Assembly: GCA_013042025.1 (NCBI GenBank)
Contig: JABDQY010000007.1
Location: 1 to 45,918, forward strand
DNA from: Bacteroidia bacterium
GTDB taxonomy: Bacteria; Bacteroidota; Bacteroidia; NS11-12g; UBA9320
Direction: 5' to 3'
DNA: 45,918 nucleotides
The notes beneath the pieces are model-generated. The model did no database searches and was not told the DNA's origin. It saw only the letters and a program-made list of their open reading frames with translations. Below are positions 8,856 through 19,280 of this stretch, one piece after another (positions within the stretch are counted from its first letter, which is position 1; each line of letters opens with the position of its first letter). Position numbers and translations under genes: made by a program.

Positions 8856-10268
8856 TTGAAAAAAACCTCAGATAAACTCGGAACTGAAAGTATTGGGAAA
8901 CTTCTACTTCAACAAAGTGTTCCGGCCGCTATGGGATTCTTGGTAATGTCGCTTTACCAAATGGTTGACACATTCTTTGTCAGTCGATTTATCGGGGAAA
9001 CCGCCATAGGTGCGATAACTGTTGTTTTACCTATAACTTTCTTGATTTCATCTTTTGGTATGGCAATTGGTGTTGGAGGGTCAAGCATAATTTCTCGTGC
9101 TCTAGGTAATAATGAAAAAGAAAAGGCTGAACTTACTTTTGGCAATCAGTTAAGGCTTACCCTTACATTGGTTATATCTTTTGTTTTGCTGGGTTATTTG
9201 TTTAATGAGCCAATTCTACGCTTGTTTGGTGCAAACCAATTAATCCTTCCAGAAGCAAAAACCTATTTCAATATTCTATTGATTGGAATTCCGTTTTTAG
9301 GATGGGCAATGATGAGCAATAACGTGATAAGAGCAGAAGGGAAACCTAAAGTGGCAATGCTCACACTTATCATTCCTGCTGTTGTAAATATTATTCTGGA
9401 CCCAATTCTTATATACTACTTCAAAATGGGTATTGCAGGTGCCGCTTGGGCAACTACATTGGGTTACATGTTTAGTGGGATATATACCGCATGGTTCTTT
9501 CTATCCGGGAAAAGCGAACTTGGAATTTCTCGCAAATTTTTCAAATTTAGTGGTCCAATAGTACGAGAAATGAGCAGTATTGGGTCGGTGACATTGGTTA
9601 GGCAGGGAAGTTTTAGCGTGCTTGCAATTGTGCTTAATAATGCTTTGAACAAATATGGTTTAATCGAGTTCTCTGATGGTATGAATAACGAAGGAGGAGC
9701 ACATGCTATTGCAATATATGGATTAATTCGAACCTTTACGTTGTTTGTTGCATTTCCTAACATCGGTGTAACGCAAGGATTGATGCCAATAGTTGGATAT
9801 AATTATGGCTCAAAGCAATTTGATCGTTTAAAAAATAGCATTTGGCTTGCATTAAAGTGGACTACGTTAGCATCCACTGTTATGTTTGTTTTGGTTTACC
9901 TTTTCTCTGAGCAACTAATAGGGTTTTTTACTGAAGATGCAGATCTACGTCTAAATACACCAAGAGCATTAAAAATTGTATTTCTTTCTCTACCTCTTAT
10001 GGGGATTGGTTTTATTGGAGCAGCATATTTCCAAGCCATTGGGAAAACCAAACCCGCAATGTTTTTAACCTTAGCACGTCAAGGTCTTTTTATGATTCCT
10101 CTTGTAATTATTCTACCTATGATTTTTCAACTGGACGGAATTTGGTTCTCAATACCAATTGGAGAGTTTCTTGCCTCCATAGTGAGTGCCGCAATGATTT
10201 ATTTGGCACTCTTTAGAAAAGATGCCTTAATAAAACCTATTCTCAGAAGTTCAAAAGAAGGGGCTTAG
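8856..10268 (+). CDS. MATE-family efflux transporter
   Basis: 470 aa with about 12 hydrophobic segments. Has the N-terminal LLLQQSVPAAMGFLVMSLYQMVDTFFV MATE signature. TTG start. Confidence 0.85.
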   Translation: MKKTSDKLGTESIGKLLLQQSVPAAMGFLVMSLYQMVDTFFVSRFIGETAIGAITVVLPITFLISSFGMAIGVGGSSIISRALGNNEKEKAELTFGNQLRLTLTLVISFVLLGYLFNEPILRLFGANQLILPEAKTYFNILLIGIPFLGWAMMSNNVIRAEGKPKVAMLTLIIPAVVNIILDPILIYYFKMGIAGAAWATTLGYMFSGIYTAWFFLSGKSELGISRKFFKFSGPIVREMSSIGSVTLVRQGSFSVLAIVLNNALNKYGLIEFSDGMNNEGGAHAIAIYGLIRTFTLFVAFPNIGVTQGLMPIVGYNYGSKQFDRLKNSIWLALKWTTLASTVMFVLVYLFSEQLIGFFTEDADLRLNTPRALKIVFLSLPLMGIGFIGAAYFQAIGKTKPAMFLTLARQGLFMIPLVIILPMIFQLDGIWFSIPIGEFLASIVSAAMIYLALFRKDALIKPILRSSKEGA

Positions 10269-10271
10269 TTC

Positions 10272-12989
10272 CTATTTAAATGCGGCATCAATAATAGCTT
10301 GTTGCTCTTTCTTATGAACTGCAGCATATCCAGTCGCAGGGCTTGCACTGCTTCTTCGTGTATTTTCAGTAAATTGTTTTGGCCAATCGTATCTTAAGAT
10401 ATGCATCCAAGCTCCCATATTTTTCGGTTCCTCTTGCACCCAACAAAAACTTGCTTTGTTGTACTTTTTAAAGATCTCCGCCATTTGCTTCTCAGGCATA
10501 GGATAAAGTTGTTCTAGACGAACAATGGCTACATCTTTCCTCTTATCATTTTGTTGTTTTTCTAACAACTCGTAATAGATTTTACCTGAACAAAAATTGA
10601 CCTTGGTCACTTTCTTTGGATCAACATAATTATCATCAATTACCTCTTGAAATGCTCCTTTAGTAAACTCTTCTGTTGTACTTACGCATTTTGGATGCCT
10701 TAACAAGCTCTTAGGACTCATAATCACTAACGGCTTTCTAAAATCTCGTTTAATCTGTCTTCTAAAAGCATGAAATAAATTAGCTGGAGTTGTGATATTC
10801 ATAACTTGCATATTTGCCATTGCACAGAGTTGTAGATATCGTTCTAAACGAGCACTGCTATGCTCCGGACCTTGACCTTCATATCCGTGAGGCAATAACA
10901 TTACTAATCCACTATATCTTCCCCACTTTGTTTCTCCACTAGCAACATATTGATCAATCATAACCTGAGCTCCATTTGCAAAGTCACCAAATTGTGCTTC
11001 CCAAATTGTAAGCCCATACGGATTACTCATTGAATATCCATATTCGAATCCGAGTACAGCAAATTCGGAAAGTAAAGAATTATAAATGTCAAATTTTGAC
11101 TGTGTATCAGATAGATGGTTTAGCGGAACATATTCATCATCTCCTTCTTCAGTTTTTAGCACTGCATGACGATGGGAAAAAGTACCACGTTCAACATCTT
11201 GACCGCTTAATCGAACCGGATGACCTTCCATCAATAAACTACCATAAGCCATTAATTCTCCCATAGCCCAGTCAAACACTCCATCTTTCACCATATTAGC
11301 CCTATCAGTATAGAGTTTTGTAATTTTCCGAATTGGCAAATGATTGTCCGGAATTGTTGTTATAGCTTTTGCAATTGTGTCGAAACTTTTCTTTGTAATG
11401 GCTGTTTTTGAGACTTTATCGAAATCTTCTTTCGTTCCGATTTTCAACTTGCCCCATGTATTCTTCGGCAAGTTATTATCCTTTGGAATTTTATTGCTTC
11501 GAACATCATCGAGATTTTTTTGAAGCATGGCTTTAAAATCTTTCTCCATTTGTTTAGCCAAATTCGCTTCTATACTACCTTGCTCTTGAAGCTTCCTTGA
11601 ATATATCTCTCTTGGATTAGGATGTTTCGCTATTGCTTTATAAAGAGTTGGTTGTGTAAATTTAGGCTCATCTCCTTCATTGTGCCCATATTTCCTATAT
11701 CCAAGAATATCGATAAATACGTCAGTATTGAAAGTATGTCGATAATCTAGAGCTAGTTTTATCGTATAAATTAGAGCTTCTACATCATCACCGTTGACAT
11801 GGAATACTGGACATTTGGTAGTTTTTGCAACGTCAGTACAATAAATGGAAGTTCTTCCATCTATATAATTAGTTGTAAAACCAATCTGGTTATTTGTAAT
11901 TAAGTGTAACGTTCCTCCAACATCGTAAGCTTCTAAGCCCGCCATTTGAATTACTTCATACACAATTCCTTGTCCAGCTATTGCTGCATCACCATGAATA
12001 AGTATTGGTGTTATTTTAGAAAACTCATTGTTGTATTGCTTATCTAATTTGGCTTTTGTAATCCCTTGAACAACAGGGTTTACAGATTCCAAATGACTAG
12101 GGTTTGGACATAGGTTTAATTTGACCTCTTTTCCCAAACTGGTATTGATTTTACTCGTATAACCTAAATGATACTTAACGTCTCCTTCAAAGATTGCGTC
12201 CTCATGAGCTTTACCCTCAAATTCACTAAAAATTTCGGCATAGCTCTTCTTCATAATATTTGCCAAAACATTCAATCTCCCTCGATGAGCCATTCCAATA
12301 ATAAACTCTTCAACTCCATGGCTCGCACCAAGTTCAATTACAGCATCTATAGCAGGAATGAGTGTTTCTAACCCTTCAAGAGAAAATCGTTTTTGACCTA
12401 CATATTTGGTATGAAGAAAGTTTTCAAATGCTACTGCCTCATTCAGTTTTTCAAGAGTAAGCTTTTTCTGTTCAATGGTAAAACTTGGAGTATTCTTTCG
12501 TTCCTCCATTCTTTTTTGTAACCACTCTTTCCGCTCAGGATGAGTGATATACATGTATTCAACCCCAATACTTTGACAATATGTTGCTTCGCAATGAGCT
12601 ATTATATCTTTCAATTTCGCTGGCCCTATTCCAAGATCAATTCCAGCATTAAATGTTTTGTCTAAATCTGCCTTTGATAGGCCATAGTTTTCAATAGCTA
12701 AATCCGGAGCATACTTTCTTCTTTCTCTAACCGGATTGGTCTTCGTAAATAAATGCCCTCTTGTTCTGTACCCATTATTTATAAGATTTAGCACGTTAAT
12801 CTCTTGAATCATGTTCTCTGAGATTGCAGCACCATTTTCTTTTAATCCCAAATCTCCATAGGCTAGATCAAAGCCTTCAAAGAATCGTTGCCAACTCTCG
12901 TCAACTGATGATTTATCGCTTTTATACTGCTCGTAGAGGTGCTCAATAGAATCTACATCGGCATTGCTTAAATAAGAGTGATTTAACAT
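10272..12989 (-). CDS. sucA: 2-oxoglutarate dehydrogenase E1 component
   Basis: 905 aa. Contains the YRTRGH motif, a ThDP-binding region (GDAAIAGQG...NN) and a transketolase-like C-terminal half. Confidence 0.95.
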   Translation of the reverse strand: MLNHSYLSNADVDSIEHLYEQYKSDKSSVDESWQRFFEGFDLAYGDLGLKENGAAISENMIQEINVLNLINNGYRTRGHLFTKTNPVRERRKYAPDLAIENYGLSKADLDKTFNAGIDLGIGPAKLKDIIAHCEATYCQSIGVEYMYITHPERKEWLQKRMEERKNTPSFTIEQKKLTLEKLNEAVAFENFLHTKYVGQKRFSLEGLETLIPAIDAVIELGASHGVEEFIIGMAHRGRLNVLANIMKKSYAEIFSEFEGKAHEDAIFEGDVKYHLGYTSKINTSLGKEVKLNLCPNPSHLESVNPVVQGITKAKLDKQYNNEFSKITPILIHGDAAIAGQGIVYEVIQMAGLEAYDVGGTLHLITNNQIGFTTNYIDGRTSIYCTDVAKTTKCPVFHVNGDDVEALIYTIKLALDYRHTFNTDVFIDILGYRKYGHNEGDEPKFTQPTLYKAIAKHPNPREIYSRKLQEQGSIEANLAKQMEKDFKAMLQKNLDDVRSNKIPKDNNLPKNTWGKLKIGTKEDFDKVSKTAITKKSFDTIAKAITTIPDNHLPIRKITKLYTDRANMVKDGVFDWAMGELMAYGSLLMEGHPVRLSGQDVERGTFSHRHAVLKTEEGDDEYVPLNHLSDTQSKFDIYNSLLSEFAVLGFEYGYSMSNPYGLTIWEAQFGDFANGAQVMIDQYVASGETKWGRYSGLVMLLPHGYEGQGPEHSSARLERYLQLCAMANMQVMNITTPANLFHAFRRQIKRDFRKPLVIMSPKSLLRHPKCVSTTEEFTKGAFQEVIDDNYVDPKKVTKVNFCSGKIYYELLEKQQNDKRKDVAIVRLEQLYPMPEKQMAEIFKKYNKASFCWVQEEPKNMGAWMHILRYDWPKQFTENTRRSSASPATGYAAVHKKEQQAIIDAAFK

Positions 12990-13006
12990 ATTTACAAAAT
13001 AGATGG

Positions 13007-13014
13007 CAAAGATA
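13007..13014 (-). promoter_or_regulatory. candidate -7 box TATCTTTG for sucA
   Basis: Reverse complement of 13007-13014 matches TAnnTTTG exactly, 17 nt upstream of the sucA ATG. Confidence 0.3.
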
Positions 13015-13117
13015 GAATTGTAGACTAATTTTTGCTGTTTAAATGCATCGGATTTATCGTGGATTATCCTTGAATAGATTTTTATATCTTTGGAAAAACC
13101 AATTTAAACAAATCAGT

Positions 13118-13627
13118 ATGGAAGAAACTATTAGCACAGGACCCACTAGACCCCAATTTTTAACCATTTTATGCATCCTCACTTTTATAGGAAGTGGATG
13201 GGGAATTGTAGATGCAATAACCGACTATTTCGGGGCTGAAATGGCAGGAGATGCGGTAGAGATGGTTGAAGAAGAAATGGATGAGGCTATGGACGAAATC
13301 GAAGAAAATGAAGACATGTCTGACAGTCAAAAAGAATTTTTAGAGAACATTTTTGGTGATATTACAGAGGCTATCACTCCAGAAAATATTCGAAAATCAT
13401 CATTAGTTAATATAATATCGTGTCTACTTACTTTGTTCGGAGCTATATTAATGTGGCAACTTAAAAGAGTTGGATACTTTGCATATATTGCTGGTATCTT
13501 GGTAATGGTAATCGGAATGGCCGTCGTCTTTGAAGGCGTTGTTGGACTTGCTGTTGCCGGAATGACTGGATTTATCGGAGTTGTATTTATAGTACTTTAT
13601 GGTGTTAACCTAAAGCATATGAAATAA
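13118..13627 (+). CDS. hypothetical membrane protein with acidic loop
   Basis: Start placed at the ATG of MEETISTGPT. About four hydrophobic helices and an E/D/M-rich loop. The longer ORF from 13043 is unlikely. Confidence 0.5.
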   Translation: MEETISTGPTRPQFLTILCILTFIGSGWGIVDAITDYFGAEMAGDAVEMVEEEMDEAMDEIEENEDMSDSQKEFLENIFGDITEAITPENIRKSSLVNIISCLLTLFGAILMWQLKRVGYFAYIAGILVMVIGMAVVFEGVVGLAVAGMTGFIGVVFIVLYGVNLKHMK

Positions 13628-13644
13628 AATTCAATCAAATTCAT

Positions 13645-13685
13645 AAAAAAAGGGGTGTGATCTTATATTCGCACCCCTTTTTTAT
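13645..13685 (+). terminator. intrinsic terminator
   Basis: 10-bp stem (13651-13660 pairs with 13669-13678, one G-U) and an 8-nt loop. Flanked by an A-run upstream and a T-run at 13679-13684. Confidence 0.7.
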
Positions 13686-13702
13686 TGCCTAAAAAGCAAT
13701 CT

Positions 13703-16700
13703 ATGAATAGTAGAGAATTTGTACAGCTTTTTAATGAATATCCATCCATACTTGAGATGGAGCGGGAGCTTATTGCCGGAAAAACTCGTTTTGGCATTCA
13801 AGGGACAATTGGATCATTCCGATCAATACTCTTTTCACATCTTTACAAACACCTCAATAGAAGCATCGTAATTTGTTGCAATGATTTTGAACAAGCGGAG
13901 TATACTTATGCTGATATTGAAGCCTTTACCGATCATAATTACGTCTTTCTGTGGAGAGATTCATTTCGTAAAAGTTTTGATTTATCAGTACCAGAAGCAA
14001 CTAAAATTCAATCGAATGCTAGTGTTCTAGATAGTATTTCTGATTTAGATGCACCCAAAATAATTGTCACATACCCTGAAGCTCTTTTGGAGAAAATTAT
14101 TAAGCAAGAAGACTTCGAAAAAAGCAAACTAATTTTTAAGATAGGTGAAGAAGTAGATTTGGACTTCTTAATAGAAGTGCTCAATGAATATGCTTTCTAT
14201 CGAGAAGATTTTGTTTACCAACCTGGGCAATTTTCAATCAGAGGAGGAATAATAGACTTATATTCATTCGCTAGTGATCTTCCATTCAGATTGGAATTAG
14301 ATGGGAGGAAAATAGAATCTATAAGAGAATTTGATCCAATATCTCAACTGTCTACAAAAAAACTAATTCGAGCTACAGTTGTCCCAAATGTACAGGAAAC
14401 TTCTCAGAGCGATTCAAGTTCAGATTTATATAGTTATTTAGGAAAGAAACCAATATTCTGTGCATATGATCTACCATCAGCTTTCAATCGAATACAAAAA
14501 GGGATAACGAAGGCAGAAGGTACAAGTACAAGTGAGCTTACTGTTGCAAAAGCATATTTTACAGAGGAAGAAGTTGCTAATCAAATTAACAGCAAGCAGG
14601 TCATTGAGTTTAGTAGTCAGACATTCTTTCGCCCTTCAGTAAAGCTCAACTTTAAACAAGCACCACAACCTACTGTAAACAAGAACTTTGACTTATTAAT
14701 CGACACTCTTAAATCTTTAAAAGAAAAGCAATATCAGACGCTAATATTTTCAGAAAGTGCAAAGCAAATTGAGCGTTTAGAAAGCATTTTCGATGACTTA
14801 AATTCTGGTTACACCATAACTCCATTATATAAAAGCTTAAGTGAAGGATTTATAGATCATGATTTAAAAATCGCAGCGTACACTGAGCACCAAATATTTA
14901 ATCGATTCTACCTTGCTAAAACTGGTAAACGGGTTTCAACAACAGGTGCAATAAGTTTAAAAGAGTTAAAAGATCTAAATCCGGGAGATTATGTGGTTCA
15001 TATTGATCATGGGATTGGCCAATTCAAAGGATTACAAAAAATGGAAATGGGCGGTAAGATGCAAGATGCCGTTCGTATCGAATATAAGAACGGAGATTTA
15101 CTATATGTAAATATTGGTTCCTTATACAAGATTTCCAAGTTTAAAGGAAAAGATGGAACCGAACCAAAAATCAATAAATTAGGTAGTGATGCTTGGGCAA
15201 ATCTTAAACGAAAAACAAAAAAGCAGGTAAAGGACATAGCGAGAGATCTCATTAAACTCTATGCTAAAAGGAAAGCAGAAAAAGGATTTCAATTTACGCC
15301 AGACACTTATTTGCAAACAGAGCTTGAAGCTAGTTTCATGTATGAGGACACTCCCGATCAAGCTAAAGCTACGGAGGATGTTAAGAGTGATATGGAAGGT
15401 CCAAATCCAATGGATCGATTGGTTTGTGGAGATGTAGGTTTTGGAAAAACAGAGGTAGCCATTAGGGCAGCATTTAAAGCAGTTTGCGATAGCAAACAAG
15501 TTGCTATTTTAGTTCCTACTACAATTCTTGCTCAACAACATTATCATACATTCCGAGATAGATTACTCAACTTTCCTTGTACGGTAGATTATATCAATCG
15601 ATTTAGAACTACCAAGCAGCAAAATGATACGTTAAAGAAACTGGAAGAAGGAACGGTTGATATTATTATTGGAACACATAAGCTGTTGAATAAAAAAACC
15701 AAGTTTCACGATTTGGGATTATTAATTATTGATGAAGAACAAAAGTTTGGAGTAAGTGCCAAAGAACGTTTAAAAGAATTTCGTGCAAATGTAGATAGCT
15801 TAACACTTACTGCTACACCAATTCCAAGAACCTTACATTTCTCCTTAATGGGTGCACGAGATTTGAGTATAATGCAAACACCTCCTGCAAATAGAAGGCC
15901 AGTACATACTGAAGTTCAAGTGTGGAATAATGACATCATTCAGGAAGCAGTTAGTAATGAGATTGCACGTGGAGGCCAAGTATTTGTGATTCACAATAGG
16001 GTAAGAGATATTAAAGAAGTTGCTCATCGTATAAATGAATTGGTCCCAAATGCCCGCGTAGCGGTGGGACATGGACAAATGAAAGGAGATGAATTAGAAC
16101 AAGTAATGGTTCAATTTATTGAAGGTGAATTTGATGTTTTGGTTGCTACTACTATTATAGAAAGCGGATTAGATATCCCTAACGCCAATACTATTATTAT
16201 AAATAATGCTCATATGTTTGGGTTAAGCGATTTGCATCAGATGCGAGGACGTGTTGGTCGAAGTAATATAAAAGCATATTGTTATCTTTTGGCTCCACCA
16301 GTATATACATTACCAGAAGATGGAAGACGAAGACTTCAAGCGATTGAAGAGTATTCGGACCTTGGTAGTGGATTTAATGTAGCTATGCGAGATCTCGACA
16401 TACGAGGAGCTGGGAATTTACTTGGTGCAGAACAAAGTGGGTTTATATCTGAAATAGGCTTTCAGATGTATCACAAAATATTGGATGAAGCAATTGCGGA
16501 ACTTAGAGAATCTGAGTTTAAGGATATTTTAGAGCAAGAACCTCAAGAAATAAAAATCGAATGTTCTGTAGAACCAGACTTTGAAGCACGTTTACCTGAT
16601 GATTATGTTAGCAATGTTGCCGAGCGTATTAATTTATATACCCGATTATCGAATATAAGCACATTGGAAGAATTGCACACTTTTGTAAAGCAGCTGGAAG

Positions 16701-17005
16701 ATCGATTTGGAGATATGCCTAAAATGGTACAAGACCTTGTTTTGAGCATTAAATTGCGATTATATGCTCAAACACTGCATGCAGAAAAAGTTAAAACGAA
16801 AGAGTCTCAGCTGTTTTTGTTTTTCAACAATGATTTGGGAGAAGATTTTTATCAAGCACCGATTTTCACAACGATACTAAACAAGGTGAACACAGAACCC
16901 AGCAATTATGGCTTTAAACAAGGTAAAAACCACCTAATCCTTGCTATCACTGGGGGTAACAGCTTATTGGACAACTTAGAATTATTGAAACAAATTAGAC
17001 ATTAA
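13703..17005 (+). CDS. mfd: transcription-repair coupling factor
   Basis: About 1100 aa. Contains a UvrB-homology N-terminus, an RNAP-interaction domain, helicase motifs GDVGFGKTEVA / DEEQKFGV / RGRVGRS and a TRG region. ATG at 13703 is preferred over the listed TTG at 13685, which lies inside the upstream terminator. Confidence 0.95.
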   Translation: MNSREFVQLFNEYPSILEMERELIAGKTRFGIQGTIGSFRSILFSHLYKHLNRSIVICCNDFEQAEYTYADIEAFTDHNYVFLWRDSFRKSFDLSVPEATKIQSNASVLDSISDLDAPKIIVTYPEALLEKIIKQEDFEKSKLIFKIGEEVDLDFLIEVLNEYAFYREDFVYQPGQFSIRGGIIDLYSFASDLPFRLELDGRKIESIREFDPISQLSTKKLIRATVVPNVQETSQSDSSSDLYSYLGKKPIFCAYDLPSAFNRIQKGITKAEGTSTSELTVAKAYFTEEEVANQINSKQVIEFSSQTFFRPSVKLNFKQAPQPTVNKNFDLLIDTLKSLKEKQYQTLIFSESAKQIERLESIFDDLNSGYTITPLYKSLSEGFIDHDLKIAAYTEHQIFNRFYLAKTGKRVSTTGAISLKELKDLNPGDYVVHIDHGIGQFKGLQKMEMGGKMQDAVRIEYKNGDLLYVNIGSLYKISKFKGKDGTEPKINKLGSDAWANLKRKTKKQVKDIARDLIKLYAKRKAEKGFQFTPDTYLQTELEASFMYEDTPDQAKATEDVKSDMEGPNPMDRLVCGDVGFGKTEVAIRAAFKAVCDSKQVAILVPTTILAQQHYHTFRDRLLNFPCTVDYINRFRTTKQQNDTLKKLEEGTVDIIIGTHKLLNKKTKFHDLGLLIIDEEQKFGVSAKERLKEFRANVDSLTLTATPIPRTLHFSLMGARDLSIMQTPPANRRPVHTEVQVWNNDIIQEAVSNEIARGGQVFVIHNRVRDIKEVAHRINELVPNARVAVGHGQMKGDELEQVMVQFIEGEFDVLVATTIIESGLDIPNANTIIINNAHMFGLSDLHQMRGRVGRSNIKAYCYLLAPPVYTLPEDGRRRLQAIEEYSDLGSGFNVAMRDLDIRGAGNLLGAEQSGFISEIGFQMYHKILDEAIAELRESEFKDILEQEPQEIKIECSVEPDFEARLPDDYVSNVAERINLYTRLSNISTLEELHTFVKQLEDRFGDMPKMVQDLVLSIKLRLYAQTLHAEKVKTKESQLFLFFNNDLGEDFYQAPIFTTILNKVNTEPSNYGFKQGKNHLILAITGGNSLLDNLELLKQIRH

Positions 17006-17035
17006 TCCCATTTTGGGATTATTTTGTGTCTTTTT
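17004..17035 (+). terminator. probable intrinsic terminator after mfd
   Basis: 7-bp stem aatccca/tgggatt (17004-17010 and 17014-17020) followed by the T-rich attttgtgtcttttt. Confidence 0.4.
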
Positions 17036-17146
17036 GAGACTTTTTACACATAAAGTTTGGAAATGTGGATAACTCATGCTTTACTTTGTACCTGATGAAA
17101 TAGTAAACTACTACTATATATAATAAACCATTAGACTACACTACTT

Positions 17147-17305
17147 ATGAACGCACTTAAAAAAATACTATTTATTCAATTGTTTTTATTGACAGTGCTC
17201 TTCACAGCCAACATTTTGATCTCCTTAGAGAAGAAATCAGATTCAAGGCTATTGGCTAATTCCGAATTATCGGAAGAAAACATTAGTAAAAACCCTAATC
17301 TTTAA
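17147..17305 (+). CDS. possible 52-aa small secreted/membrane protein (not in supplied track)
   Basis: ATG at 17147 to TAA at 17303-17305. Hand translation is MNALKKILFIQLFLLTVLFTANILISLEKKSDSRLLANSELSEENISKNPNL, i.e. a hydrophobic N-terminus with a charged tail. The stop codon sits in the loop of the terminator hairpin. Confidence 0.35.
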   Translation: MNALKKILFIQLFLLTVLFTANILISLEKKSDSRLLANSELSEENISKNPNL

Positions 17306-17320
17306 GATTGGGGTTTTTTT
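17288..17320. terminator. bidirectional intrinsic terminator
   Basis: aaaaaccctaatc / tttaa / gattggggttttt: GC-rich stem with one G-U, an A-run on the left and a T-run on the right. Usable by both the small plus-strand ORF and the convergent kynU, whose stop is at 17321. Confidence 0.6.
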
Positions 17321-18580
17321 CTAAAAGTTCTTCAGCAATTCACCAAACTCCCAGATATCCATAAAGCTATTGTACAAAGGCACTGGAGCCAATCGAATTA
17401 CATTAGGTTCTCTCCAATCTGCAATTACATCATGTTCTGTAAGATAATCGAACAAGGCCTTGCCGTTTTCATTGGTTAACATGCTTAATTGACATCCTCT
17501 TTCTTCAGGCGTTATAATCTCAAATTCCAATTTAGGATTTGCATTTTGAGCATCAATCACTACTTGCTCCAAAAAAGCATTCAATTTTGTGCCTTTTTCA
17601 ACCAAAACGTCCATTCCTACTTCATCAAACATATCTAATGATGCTTTATGAGCTGCCATGGTTAATACAGGGGCATTACTTAACTGCCAACCCGCTGCTC
17701 CGGGTTCAGGGATATAGCCTCGTTTCATTTGAAACCGCTCACTTTCCTTATGACCCCACCATCCTGCAAAACGAGGAGTATCTGGATTATTACCATGTTT
17801 TTCATGGACAAAAACACCACTAACACCACCTGGACCAGAATTCATATATTTATAGGTACACCACGCAGCAAAATCAACGTTCCAATCATGCAATTCCATT
17901 TTAATGTTCCCAGCTGCATGTGCACAATCAAAACCTGCTAATGCACCAACCTTGTGAGCTGCTGCTGTAAGCTCTTTAATATTAAACACTTGTCCAGTAT
18001 AATATTGTACGCCGCTGAAAAATAAAAGTGCCAACTCATCTCCAGTTTCGTTAATTTTTGCAATAATGTCTTCAGTCCTCAAAGCATGCTCTCCTTCTCG
18101 CGGTTTCATCTCAATTACAGCATCGTTGTAATCAAATCCGTGATGTTTAACCTGGCTTTCTATTACGTACATATCACTTGGGAAAGCACCAGCCTCCATT
18201 ATAATTTTGTATCTTGATTTACTCGGTCTATAAAAACTTACCAGAAGGAGATGCAAATTCACTGTAAGATTATTCATCACAACTACTTCATCTGTTTTAG
18301 CTCCTACTACTTTAGCTTCTTTCTCAAAAAAATGGTGATAACTAAACCAAGGGTTCTTCCCATGAAAATGCCCCTCTACTCCATATTTCTTCCAGTCTTC
18401 TAATTCTTGTTGCAAATAAGATTCAACCGTTTTAGGTTGTAGTCCTAAAGAATTCCCTGTGAAATACAATTGTTCTGCACGTGTTTTCCCAGGTGGCATA
18501 TAAAACTTACTTCGATATTCTTTCAAGGAATCTTCTCTGTCTAGTTTTTCAGCGAAATCTTTGGTGGTTGTCATTTGCAT
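17321..18580 (-). CDS. kynU: kynureninase
   Basis: 419 aa. PLP-lysine motif CTYKYMNSGPGG and overall aminotransferase class V-like kynureninase pattern. Confidence 0.9.
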   Translation of the reverse strand: MQMTTTKDFAEKLDREDSLKEYRSKFYMPPGKTRAEQLYFTGNSLGLQPKTVESYLQQELEDWKKYGVEGHFHGKNPWFSYHHFFEKEAKVVGAKTDEVVVMNNLTVNLHLLLVSFYRPSKSRYKIIMEAGAFPSDMYVIESQVKHHGFDYNDAVIEMKPREGEHALRTEDIIAKINETGDELALLFFSGVQYYTGQVFNIKELTAAAHKVGALAGFDCAHAAGNIKMELHDWNVDFAAWCTYKYMNSGPGGVSGVFVHEKHGNNPDTPRFAGWWGHKESERFQMKRGYIPEPGAAGWQLSNAPVLTMAAHKASLDMFDEVGMDVLVEKGTKLNAFLEQVVIDAQNANPKLEFEIITPEERGCQLSMLTNENGKALFDYLTEHDVIADWREPNVIRLAPVPLYNSFMDIWEFGELLKNF

Positions 18581-18659
18581 ACTGCAAATAAAGTGAGAAG
18601 ACTGATAAATTTGCTTCTACACTAGCAAAATTCTCAGGATATAAACTTGCCAATTGATT

Positions 18660-19280
18660 TCAACTACCTTCAAACAACACAAGGTATTTACCACTCTTGT
18701 ATCCAAGCCCATCCGACGAAATATATTGATAGTTACAATTGAATACTGTCTCATTACAATCATTGACTACACCATACAATTCATTTTTGCGGACAATGAT
18801 TCTTTCTAAAGTTAAGATTTGCGGAGGAAGGTCATAAATCACAGGTAATTTTTGATTCCCCATTGTATCATATGCTCCCCAAAGTCCTTCATGTGATTTT
18901 ACTAGAATTAATCCTTTGTCCGGCAACCTTACTTCATCAAAAATAAACGGCATCACCATATGCATGTTCTTGGTGATTACACTTCTATTGAAACTATCTC
19001 CTACTATGGCATAACCCTTATTAAAGTTGTTTGCCTCTGCAAAAACATAAGGAGATAGCTCATTCAGATTGGAATCTATATAGGCATATAAATCCCCTTT
19101 AGCAATATATGCTTTGCTTTCGGACCATTCACTCACTTCAGAGTACTCATAATCAGACAAGAAAGTGGAGTCATTAAGGGTTATTGCATATTTGCGATTA
19201 TTGGGATGCTTTTTTACACTCCTCTTTTGTGCCCATGAACTCAGCCCAACAAATAACAATATAATTAGTAACCACCTCAT
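18660..19280 (-). CDS. WG-repeat (KWG-like) secreted protein
   Basis: 206 aa with signal peptide. Repeated ...G(L)WGAYD / LYGVVN / GYAIVG units are typical of WG-containing beta-repeat proteins. Confidence 0.5.
   Translation of the reverse strand: MRWLLIILLFVGLSSWAQKRSVKKHPNNRKYAITLNDSTFLSDYEYSEVSEWSESKAYIAKGDLYAYIDSNLNELSPYVFAEANNFNKGYAIVGDSFNRSVITKNMHMVMPFIFDEVRLPDKGLILVKSHEGLWGAYDTMGNQKLPVIYDLPPQILTLERIIVRKNELYGVVNDCNETVFNCNYQYISSDGLGYKSGKYLVLFEGS

Noticed and set aside
10266-10274. sucA is not followed by sucB; the MATE gene and sucA converge with only 3 nt between their stop codons.
   Set aside because: Split sucA/sucB organisation occurs in various bacteria, and sucB may simply lie elsewhere. 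This is noted as genome organisation, not an anomaly.
13043-13117. Upstream extensions of listed ORFs: 13043-13117, 13685-13702 (TTG start of mfd), 27992-28156 and 4510-4590.
   Set aside because: The extensions overlap terminators or neighbouring genes, and each contains a better internal ATG directly preceding the signal or TM segment or the conserved N-terminus.
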